The position numbers and the translations under genes were made by a program. DNA of 64,000 nucleotides from Epiperipatus broadwayi. Its lineage: Eukaryota; Animalia; Onychophora. Where the stretch lies: assembly GCA_028023455.1 (NCBI GenBank), contig JAQFVV010000009.1:3782001-3846000 (forward strand), written 5' to 3'. Shown here piece after piece: positions 52,413 to 64,000 of this stretch. Under the pieces are notes generated by a model, which searched no databases, was not told where the DNA came from, and was given only the letters and a program-made list of their open reading frames with translations. Within the stretch, counting starts at the first letter, position 1. Each line of letters starts with the position of its first letter.

Positions 52413-54711
52413 AAACTATTCCTAGTAATTTATCATACTGCCATGTTGAAATATGAAAAATGTGACAGGTTGTCAAATTTTCATAATAACTGCTAGATAT
52501 GTAATATTCTAGTATTTGAGAATATTGCCATACATATAGGGCACATTTGTAATGGAAAAATTGACTTTTTTATATTAACCCGTAGGTTAATTTAAAATAT
52601 TTGATAATAAAACACATCCTTAATTCTCTAGCATGCAAGATTCCAACAATGGGCAAACAGCACTGACTACATTTCTAAATGTATCTTCTAATCCTCAATG
52701 ATTGCCAAAAAATATAACTGCTAGAAATAGCTTTTTATTTTTGCTTAATACTGTTAAAGATTATTGCACTAGGCACCATTTTCAAAAATATAAAAAACTA
52801 TTCTACAACTTTTTTTATTTAATTCTATCTTGTTACTGCTTTTAGATTATAGCTAACATGAAGCAGACAGTGAGAATGATGATCACACACATTAATTAAT
52901 TAATCATAGAGGAAAAATATACATATACATGAAAATGAGAATAAAATAAGAATAGGATGGATTAATATATATCAATACAATTACATCATAATTATGTATA
53001 TGTACATTAAGTGATTTGAATGCATAGATTTATCAAATATAATTGTTTTCTAGTCAAACCTTAGCTTTATTTTGTGGAATTACTATTTACTAAACTACAG
53101 ACTCAATATCTGACAAAAACTCTAGATTCATCTACCTTGCTGCTTAAGTGATATTGGTATTAAAGCAGAGTTACTGTTAACCCCCGGTGAGTTATATAAA
53201 AACTAATTCAAATCCATTATATATATATATTACATTTTATCTTCACATAAAAAATCGACCTATTTTCATAAAAAATAAAAATATCCTATCCTTTCCAAAA
53301 TTTCAACACAAAGACAAAAAAAAAAAGATACATTATATTTATATAAAAATAAACCCTGTATAAATTTACAAATATTCTACATTTCAAATATAGACCTTTT
53401 TAAATTGGTAATAATTAAATATATTATTATTTATTACATCATTATGTACATGTGTAATTACTTAACAAACACACACATGTAAGTTTTGAATCTTGAAGTG
53501 GTTTTCTACCACAATTGTAGTTTAATTTCTTTTCACGAATTGAAAATCCACCATTAGTTCATAATAAGATTCCTTTTTCCAATATGGCATCTTTGAAAGT
53601 CAGTTTCACTAATTTATTTATATTCATCAGTCTTTATTATGAGCAGAAGATTCAAAGCATGAAAAATCTCAACTTTGAATACAGTTAAAAAACATTCTTT
53701 GCTAAAGCAAACAATAATTTAAAGTTTGTCTTAACAAGTTGTTCACTTCTCTTAGGCTTTACAATTGTTATAAAACAATAGGATGAAGCATATATGGTTT
53801 CCTTTACTAGTCATGTGCTGTGATGAAAAAGCTAGATAGATGATTTGCTTTCACATGATTTTTTTGTTGTTGATGCTACTGATAAGCATTGCAGATATCT
53901 TCTTATTTGACTTTACCATCTGCAACAAATACTAAATTTGTGAATGCGTCAATTCTGACTTAGTTGAATGAAAAGAATGCTTAATTCTCTTTAAAGTTTG
54001 AAATGTGATCTCTTGTTAAATATTCTCTTTGAACTGCCTTTTATAAGTCATAACACACACTGATCAATAGCATGTTTCCCAAAGTTCAGAAATTAATACA
54101 CCCATACATATAGAGTAACTAAAAAAAAATCAGAGAAATTTTTTATTTTCCAAATCCTTAATTATTTTTGAATTCCGTGATAATAAATTATTTTCCAAAT
54201 TATGCTGCTAAGATTTTAATATTCAGGCTATAAATTATTGTTTTTGTTAGCAGTTAAACAACTTTAAACATATCTTTGTAACTTACTACTAAAAGATAAG
54301 GCAGTAAGTATTCTCAAAGGCTGATCCCATTATCCAATGTAATAAAAAATTGAATTTAAACTTAAAGCCTTCATGCTATAATTTTTATGTAGCATGCACT
54401 ACTTAGCACAAATATTAATTATGAAAATTATTTCAATTTCCAGATATGGATAATTCCACAAGTCATTTTTATCATCTTATTTTTCAATTATTTTTCAGGA
54501 ACAAAGCACTCTAAGTAATAAAATAAATGAGTAATGGAAGTTATTTAATGTTTTACATTTGTCACTAATATATATGTATTTGGGATGGATACCTTTATTT
54601 ATCTTTATTTTGTTCAATCTTTTATGACTATGATCCCATAACATCAAAGCCTTAAACCCCTGTGCATCTTTGTACTGTTTAATTTTAAATTTATATTGCA
54701 TACTATCCTAC

Positions 54712-56177
54712 CATCATCATCATCATCATCTACCATTGTCAATCCACTGCAGGATAAAGGTCTCTCCAAGGTCAAACCATCTTCTCTGATCTTTAGCTTC
54801 TCTTCTCCACATCACCCCTGCATACTTTCTTATTTCATCCATACATCTCACATGTGGTCTTTTTCTGGGTCTTTTACAATCTCTTGGAATCCAGTTTAAG
54901 ATTTCAATTGTGCATCTATTATCATCTCTTCTAGCAATATGTCCAGTCCAATTCCACTTCAGTCTTTTAATTTTTTCAATGAGGTCAAATAACATCTGTT
55001 TGTTCTCTTATCCTTATATTGCATTTTTGATCTCTTCTTGATACTTCTAACATGCATCTCTCCATACTTCTTTGAGTGATCTGAAGTCTCTGTATTGCTC
55101 TTCTATTAAGTGTCTGACTCTCAGATCCATAAGTAAAAACTGGTAAAACACATTTATTAAAAACCTTCTTTTTCAAACACATAGGCATATTTCCTTTTAG
55201 TATCAAATTATTTCTATCAAAAGCACTACAACCAAGTTTAATTCTGTGATTAATTTCATCCATTACATTTCCATCTGTATTAATAATCTGACCAAGATAT
55301 TTGTAGCTGTTAACTTCTTCTAACTCATAATAATCAATCTTTATTTTTATATTTTGAGAAAATCCATTGAACATTACTTTAGTCTTTTTAGCATTTAACT
55401 TTAGTCCTACTTTCCTAATTTCATCTGATAACTCCTGCAACATTTCCTGCAGCTCTTAAGTATTATTTGCAAAAACAACTACATCATCTGCAAAATCTAA
55501 ATGACTTGAAAAAAATCCATTTACTTTCACTTCTCTAGATTCCCATTTTAATCCACAAAATACTTCTTGCAGCACTGCTGTAAAACGTTTTGGAGATGTG
55601 GAGTCACCCTGTCTTACACCCTTTTCAATGTTGACTTTCTTAGTATCATTATGTAATCTAATTGTTGCTGTTGCATTTTTATAAATATTCTTTAAAATAT
55701 GACAATATTCTGGATCTATACCTTGATGATCCAATGCTTTAATCACTGAAAAAATGTTTATAGAATCAAATGCCTTTTCATAATCTAAAAATCCAAAGCA
55801 TAATGGCAACTCATATTCATTTGTCCTTTCTATAACTTCTCTCAATACCTGGATATGATCTACTGTACTAAAACCACTTTTAAATCCAGCTTGTTCTCTT
55901 GGTTGGTGGAAATCCCATGCTCTCTGTAGATGAGTTGTAATTATCTTGGTAAAGATTTTGTATAAAACTGATAAAAGGCTGATAGGTCTGTAATTTCTAA
56001 TATCTTCTTTATCACCTTTTTTAAATATTAATATTAATACTGCATTCTTCCAATCATTTGGTACATCTTTATCATTTAGATATTTGAAATATAACTTTGC
56101 TAAAAAAAAATTATACTTTTTCACCTGCTTCTTTTAATATATCAATTATAATTCCATCATTACCTGGAGCCTTTCCT
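54712..56177 (-). mobile_element. 5'-truncated RTE-clade LINE (RT and C-terminal domain, with stops and frameshifts) ending in a (GAT)6 tail
   Basis: KAPGNDGI; KKGDKEDIRNYRPISLLS; QPREQAGF; FLDYEKAFDS; GVRQGDSTSP; DFADD; QRSMERCML; LKWNWTGHIARR. (CAT)6 on the plus strand at 54712-54729. Confidence 0.95.
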
Positions 56178-58179
56178 ATAATATAATTTTAATTAAAATA
56201 ATATAATTTTAATTAAAATTATACAATTAAAGTATCAATAAAAATGATTAATAGAACAAAAAATACTATTAGCATATTTATAAACAAAAAAATTTAATAC
56301 TGTATTTTTTTTAAAAATATATATATTTTTCTACATTATAACTTTTTAAAAAATAAATTGAAAGAATATCCCATTTATTTTTTCTTATCAATGACAAAAT
56401 AAATTAGCTAAATAATTCACTTTTTCTGCCTTCCTTTTTTGTAATTATATAAGTAAATTTATATCGCAAGTGATTTTATATTGTACAAATATTTTTATAG
56501 ATTCTCTTTCCCCTTGCCCAAAAACAAAACTTTTTACACGATTTGTATATTTTTTATTCTTCATGCAATAAAAATTATTGATAAAATAAAAAAGATAAAT
56601 GATATTAAATTTAAAAATGCAAACTAATTTATTGAAAAAGATTATATCAGCTACTTGCTTGAGTCATTTTGTAATAGCAGCACGCAGAAATTGCTAGTAA
56701 AGTAAAAAAAAAAATTAAAAAATTCTTTTATTAATTTTTAATTTAATTAATATTTAAAAACATAAATAAGGAAAGCTGTAAATGTTGAAATCATTTAAAT
56801 TTAGATATAGATATTTAGCTTGATGAAATTAAATAGCTTTTTGAATTTTATAAAGAAAAAAAGCTGTGTGTGGATCTTGATGAAAAATTTAAAACAATTT
56901 TGAAATATGGTACTAATGTGATGGTTTCAAAAATATTAAATTTTTTTTAGGAATATATGGACTCATGAAATTATGCCATATGTTATTAGAATTGCTTCTA
57001 TTGTTCAATTTTTATAAAAATAAAGATAATAAAAATTGCAATAATTATGTAATATCTGCATTTACTATAGCAAAAGCAGTTTAAAATTTTTTTAATTCAT
57101 AAATGAGAATATACCAGATATTTACAATGATTTTAGAGAATCAATAAGCATGAAAGATGTAGATTTTGCTGCAAGTAAAATGCAATAAAATGAACTGGAT
57201 CCATCTGACTTGCTGGGTTTAAATACCCTTTATAATAATTTTAGGAATCTAAACTTTTATAAGTTTAACATTTACTTTAATACTACAGGAATGGACTGGT
57301 CCTACCATTGATAGCATAGCCATCAATGATACCCACAGATAGATCAAGCTATACAAAGCATAACATGATCACATTTTCTGACCATGGCCCACCTCAACTG
57401 CTGGAATCAAATCCCTGCTATCCCAAACATTTTATTTGTTTTGAGGATCAAACTCAGGTGCCAACCAACTATATGTTATATAGTCATTATGCTTTGGGTG
57501 ACAGGCACATAATCCAGCACTTGTCATATCCCAGGCTAGCTCATAATCTTAGTCATGGATCCAGCAATTAACGCACAGATAAACATTTATTTCTTTAAAT
57601 AAATGGTGACACAGTAACAAGAGAGCGAATAGACCAAATAATATTTAAGCAAACCTTAATATTTATTCAATCATACATATATTTTAACATAATAAATTTT
57701 TGTATAAGAAAATATAAATGATGATTTTAGGCTATAGTTATAATAGTCCTTTATTAAAGTTAATTTCATTTAAAATCAAGTGTCTATTTAGTTATTTAAA
57801 GTATCTTTCCCTAGGCTTTCATTTGTGTGTATTTTCCAATTACTGAATCATTAACAGAATGAAGACCAGATTAGTTCTATCATAAAATGAAGGTTGGAAC
57901 TATTAAATCACAAAATACAAAACAGACTGACTTATAGACCTAAGAGTAGAATGATCTAACAGATTGCAGGCCAGACTAATCCAATCACAAAATGAAGATG
58001 GAATAATTCAATCACAACATGCAGACCAGACTGATAAAAATAGAGAGTTGTGAGTTTTTATACTTTTTCCTCTCCTATTGTTTTAATTTCTTATCATTAA
58101 TTTTAATAGAATAATTTTAAGTAATTATAAGTGGATATCTATTTCATTTCAAGGAATGTGTATAAAAAGTTAGTAAGAA

Positions 58180-58570
58180 AGAAGTTACCAGATGATACAA
58201 TAATAGCTGGAAAATAGTAAGTCTTTGGGTAGATGGGTATGTAATACAAATAAGATGGATGATATGAATAGTAATGGAGGAATGTGGGAGTTGTAATAAG
58301 GTATATATAGGACAGACAGGATGGATGATAAATGATAGAGGGAATGAGCATGATAGAGCAATTAGTAGGAAAGATATTAGGTCAGGTCCATATATACATT
58401 ATTTAGATGCTGGTCATAAAATGGAGTGTGAGAAAAATATTCATTATAAAACGTGAAAGATTATTGAAAAAGGATATGTTATGAAACTTTGTATATTCAG
58501 AATAATTTGGATAGATGTGTAAATATAGTTAAAGGTTCATCAAGATTAGGTGAAAAATGGGCATTATTAG
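58180..58570 (+). pseudogene. PLE GIY-YIG endonuclease relic
   Basis: ORF 58274..58456: CGSCNKVYIGQTG..INDRGNEHDRAI...HYLDAGH. Confidence 0.85.
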
Positions 58571-59100
58571 ATAATTGGAAGATTTAAAAATTATAGTAAA
58601 AAAGTCAGGGTTGAATTGTGAATGAGGGTTTATAAAAGGGGAGAGATAGTTGAATATTTATTTATTTATATAGGTATATTAAAATATTTGTATATGTATT
58701 TATATAGTTTTAAGTTATTATTATTATTTTTTTGTGTGTTCTTTTATTTTTTATTTTATATCATTTGTTTATGCATTTATATGTGTAATGTTAATTATAT
58801 CTACTATCACTTTTATGAGATAGAATCCATGTTTTTTTTAAACTTAATTTTACTTTATAAAAGAAGTTTATAAATATATAAAATGTGCTAAACTGCATGA
58901 ACACACAAAGCTGAAGACAAAGAAATCTTGTAGATTGATATAAACTAAATATATGTATCTAAGTATGTGGTTAAGTGCTTTCAAGAGCTGAGATCCTCAT
59001 ATTCATAGCCATCTTGTAAATAAATAGGTTGGTTAAAAGTGATGCAAATTTATGTAAATGAAGTAGTTAAATATTCCATTTTATGGAGATCTTATAACAA

Positions 59101-59640
59101 GTCTTTTCTGTTTATAGTGTTGTTATCTTTAGTGATAAAGTAAGCTTCCTTTATCTTTCTCTTAAGATTGTGTCACTCTCTGCAAACAACCACTGGGTTT
59201 TTAAGTAGGCAATCATGACTAGCTGAGCTGTGGTGCTGAGTAAAAACTGAACTACAAAAAGGGTCTATTCACACTTTATTATATGAGTATGTGTGTTGAG
59301 ATAGCCAAGTGGACAGAGAGGCCCTGATCTCACCATAATATGATGCCATACAATGTGTTTCAGAGCAGGCAATATTGTAAACTACCTGAGGTATCACCAA
59401 GGGTGACAAGCTGTCTTTAGTATTATTAATTAGTTTTTTGGAGTATGTGTGAAAGCATAAATGATACTTATTATTGAATGTGTTATATCTTTTTTATGCA
59501 CATTAGGCAGATAAGGCAATAGAAGCCTTTATTTATCTATGTGGTTATTTATTTTGGAATAAAATTGCCTTATTTTCCTGTCAGTTAAATTAGGACTAAA
59601 ACCAACCTTCATTAAGTTGTTTCTATATGACATTAGGCTA
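59101..59640 (-). pseudogene. PLE thumb end, linker and GIY-YIG relic (absent from the ORF track)
   Basis: One frame, 59391 to 59101: PQVVYNIACSETHCMASYYGEIRASLSTWLSQHTYSYNKV*IDPFCSSVFTQHHSSASHDCLLKNPVVVCRE*HNLKRKIKEAYFITKDNNTINRKD. Upstream reads LMKVGFSPNL...LPYLPNV and NNTKDSL. Confidence 0.85.
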
Positions 59641-62011
59641 GCTTTTTTGTCTGCTTTGAACTTACGAAGATACATATTTCTATAGAGAAAGGAAGTTAAG
59701 ATGGAGAGTATTAAGATTTCTTTGTCTTCAGTTTTGTGTGTTCGTGCATTTTAGCACATTTTATATATTGATGCATTTGAATAATTAGCCACAAAGTCTA
59801 AACTTTTTGCTCATTTTAAAAGGAGTTTATAAAACTTTATTCTATTTTTAAAAGAACAAACAACATAATGCAATCTTTTTAATTTTGCAAAGTTTGCGTC
59901 TCTTAAAACAAAGAAAACTACTCGAAAACATATTACTTTTTTTTTTCTATTTTCATTTCTATTAATAGTTTAATCATTTATTTTTAAATTATAAATATGT
60001 AATGCTAGTATATATGTTTGTTCGTAACATATATCTCGCTAGTGTTACAAAAAATAGTGTAAGAAAAGATATATTTATATGTTATTTTCACTGATTTAGT
60101 CAAGACATTTGACTCAGTTAAATAAAAAGATTTTCCACTTATACTTTATTTATGTTATGCATTTTGTCACATGCAGTGGTAGATCATCATGCAGGCACAT
60201 GAGTATGTGTTTTGGGTCATTTATTGTCATGGGATGATAAAAATTAGTTTTCAAAAAGAGATACTTATTGTGAACTTCAGGCACAGAGAACACCAAATTG
60301 CCATTCACTGCATGATTAATGACATAGCAATAAAAGACCTTTTTGATATGAGGAAATATCTTAAAAAATAAGTAATATCTAAAAATTCTTTGGGAGTTTA
60401 TGAATTTATCAACTAGTCAAATGTATAATTATTTTTCTCTTCCAACTGTAAAGTGAACAAATAAATAAAAAAGTTCTTAACTGCTTGGATTAGCTATGGT
60501 TGGTATTTTTCATGTTGCTTTTTTTGTAAAACAAACATTATATTAGCAAGTTAGTATTCATTTACTACATTATTGTTTATGTTATTGTGACCATTGATTA
60601 GTAGAATTGACAGCAAGGAAGATTCAAAACTGTAAAAAACATTGCATTTCTTTAACTGTAAGAATCATATTATCGAATATTAAAAGTATTTTAAGAGTCA
60701 AAATTCAATTAATTTTATTTAATATTATTTTTATTGCAATTTATTTAGCATTTTTTTAAATTTAATTATAAAGAGGTTTCAGAATGTAACTGAGACACAC
60801 AAAATGTTAAAAGAAAAAGAAAATATACACTGCAAACAAAGAAGTTTGATTATTCTATATACAACTAATTGATGGATTAGTTTTTTTTTTATTAAGTAAT
60901 AAATTGATTCGATGGTATTATTTATTATTTAGAACAAAAGGGCCTCAAAACTATATTGCACTTGGAGCTTTTCAATTGCTTACTAAGCCACTGATTATAT
61001 AATAGTATGAAAAGGATTATCACTTAACAAAATATCTGAGATAGATATGTTGAACAATGTTGTGCAATAGATTCAACATTATTTTTCTTTTTCAAGACAG
61101 TGTTTATAAGTGGTTTTATAAAGCAGGCATGAAGATGAGATATAGGTTTGATGATGGAATTTTTTAATTTGAACAGATTAAAAACAAAAACAAGTACAAC
61201 TTTTTGACATCTAAATATAGAAATTTCTAATAATGTGGAATTTTTTCCAGTTCAAAAGATGATCTACAAAATGTTTTTGATATCTTGAAGTAGATGAAAA
61301 GTAGTAAACTTCCTAAATAAATGTTTTATGATAAATCTGAATATGGCTTTTATAGGAGTGGAGACTCATTTTATCTTTTATACATTACCTCATAGATAAT
61401 CTAAAATGAGTGCAATGTTAATGATGTTTTTTATTGGAAGATGAGGAGAGAATACAATAGAGAGCTACAATGAAAAATCTGATGAAAATTTTCAAAAAGA
61501 AAAGTTTGCTGAGAATAAAATTAAATGATGGCATTACATAATGTTAAATAAACAGATTAAAGTACTAGCATGTTACACATGTAAATATTTGATTCATAAA
61601 TGGAATTGCATAACTATCATAAAATTCTTCTTTAATTTCTTTTTCTCATTCTTTTTTATTTTTTTATTTCTGAACTTAAAATGTCATATTCATTTATAAG
61701 TAGCTGCTAATGAATAAAATAATATTAATAGTAATTTGTCAATAGTAAATATTTTCCCCATTCTCACATATAAGCATTAATTGTTCATTGAAAATTAAAA
61801 ATATATTCTATAAGCGCATAGTTCAGGCTTCACATGATGAATAATTATTAGAAGAGATGATACAATATGATACACTATGGTTTTTCCTTTATGGGAGTCA
61901 GGAATCTCTCAGCCACTATGAGCAGAGAAATCTGTTAGTCACCTTACTTTTTCTTTCCATTTCCCACCTTAAGTTTTTCCAATATTCTTCTCTATCCTAC
62001 TCCATCCCATT

Positions 62012-62121
62012 TAAAACTCTACATACAGTAGTGCTGCCCAGTGCAAGCCAGAGTAAGGTTTGAGAGTTTTGTCTCTGTTATAACAGCTTGGGTAAGCATA
62101 GAGAATAGTGATCATATGATG
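62012..62121. mobile_element. Family-2 3' end with an inverted segment
   Basis: AAAACTCTACATACAGTAGTGCTGCCCAGTGCAAGCC (inverted 3' region), then GAGAGTTTTGTCTCTG...GTGATCATATGATG. Confidence 0.75.
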
Positions 62122-64000
62122 TTTAGTGGTTTAATAATTATTAGGTGTGAAGAAGGTAATGATTTAGTTTTTAAATTAAATACTTTAGGCATATCTATAA
62201 AATAATCTAGAAAATTTTAATTACATTAATTTATTAGCTTTTTATTACTAATATTATTTGAGAAGTTTCAACTATTTTGCATAATGATTTTCTGCCTACT
62301 AAAATTATTATGACATATTAAAATATCTATCCTTTTAACATACATTAATTTATATATTAAAGCTATAATATTAGATACAATGCAATACTGCTTATATAGA
62401 AGAGCAAGAGATGACAATCTTGCACCAAATTGGTCAGGGAACAAATATTTTCATTTTATTGATTTAACAGAAATTTTCAATTTTATTTTTCCCAATTGAC
62501 ACTCAATTCAAAATATTTTAATCTATCTCTTTTGCACAATGTATGTATTTTAATATTCATAAGAAAAATTCACTTAATATCTCCATTATTTTCATTTTTT
62601 TGTTTTGATGTTTTGTTGAATTACGTTCATTTACAATGATTTAAAACTTAATATCTTAATTTACTGTTATAAGCACTATATACATATTTTAAACACAGTA
62701 TTAAAACAGAGAATAAACTTAGAGCAATTACTATATCCAAGAATAATCAGAATGACAATATATATATATATCTTTTAAATTAAAACTAAGAAAAAAAAAC
62801 TATTTTAAATGATGTGTAAATATTTCTCAGTAGATGTAAATATATATGTGTTCAAAGAAATTTATTAATGCTTTTATGAATTTTGCAGAAATGTTTAAAT
62901 TTAGCTCATTTTTCTACTGTCAAAATAATAAAAGACAACCGGGAGTGTAGTTTATAAATCATTTTCTAAGAATATTTTTATTCACTCTTTGTTTCATATC
63001 AGTAAATTAAAATCTGAATATTAAAATGGAATATGATGAATGACAAAAAATAGAAGTAAATATGAAAGTTAAATAAATGTATATAAAATTATTATAAAGA
63101 CAGTACTTTAAAAGAAAAATGAACGCTGACCAATAAATAAACAAAAATTCAGAGATATTAAGATGACAATATTAAGATGGTTATTGGGAAAAACAAGAAA
63201 CTGTAAAAAAAAATGAAGAATTTAGGAGAACACCGGGAGGATGAGAAAATAAATAAAATAAAGCATTTGGGAAGAAAATGATAAAAAAATATACAGAATA
63301 AAAAAACAGAAAAATATGGAAAATTTTATCAAAAGCCATAACAAACAAGCAAAAAAAATGCACTGACTCATAAAAATGTGGAAATACCATAACTTACCTA
63401 TTATATATAGTAATTAAAAGTAAATCCCATGGAATAAAAAATAAAAACGACGTCTACTATAACAATTTTAAATTTATACTTGTGTGTATGTTATGTATAT
63501 ACAAGAGGAGAGGTATATGTATGTAAATACTCTAAAATTAATATTCAAATCAATATTTCTTAGCTGAAATTAAGATATACAGACAATTATTGACTTTTTT
63601 GCTTGCTGGTAGATAAATGAAAGATATTCATAAGCACTATTTCAAATCTATTTTTATTAGTTTCTAAAGTAAAATATAAATAACTATAGAAAATAAAATT
63701 CTATTGAGGGTATGTTTTATTTTAAAATCTGATTGATTTTTAGTTTTTTTTCTTTAAAAAATTTCTTATTCATAGGAAATGGAAAAATAATAGAAAGACC
63801 ATTTCCCAAAACAATTGAAAATGGTCAGTTTTTTTTTTTAAAAAAAAAAAGTTTCACATAAACAATTTCAAAGCACACTTTTTAATTATTAAAATATTGT
63901 ACCAATAATTTATGTTTAAATCATTAATGCATTTGCCTACTATTTTCTTAATCTTGCATCCATTTTCAAGGACATTTATGATTTTAAAGTGAGGCAAATC

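Overview
AT-rich (by eye about three-quarters A+T), CpG-poor eukaryotic DNA, probably an invertebrate intron or intergenic region. I found no convincing host gene, rRNA, real tRNA or CRISPR. Nearly all listed ORFs are spurious or transposon relics. The window is a transposon graveyard: CR1/L2-like and RTE LINE relics, a pogo relic, hAT-like MITEs, a young solo-LTR-like insert and two tRNA-Gly-derived SINEs with TSDs. The main signal is a Penelope-like retroelement (PLE) and ribozyme system that the ORF track does not show. (1) There are five GIY-YIG endonuclease relics at four loci, and one locus is an ~800-bp-arm inverted duplication. (2) Two apparently non-coding repeat families each carry a type I hammerhead ribozyme with a tiny palindromic stem III: family 1 has 8 copies; family 2 has 3 recognisable hammerheads plus several 3'-end fragments. 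(3) Many insertions share one design: a sense copy plus a shorter inverted copy, with the 3' ends facing outward. They resemble MITEs but fit PLE inverted-terminal-repeat insertions better. All alignments and folds were done by eye, and boundaries are approximate.
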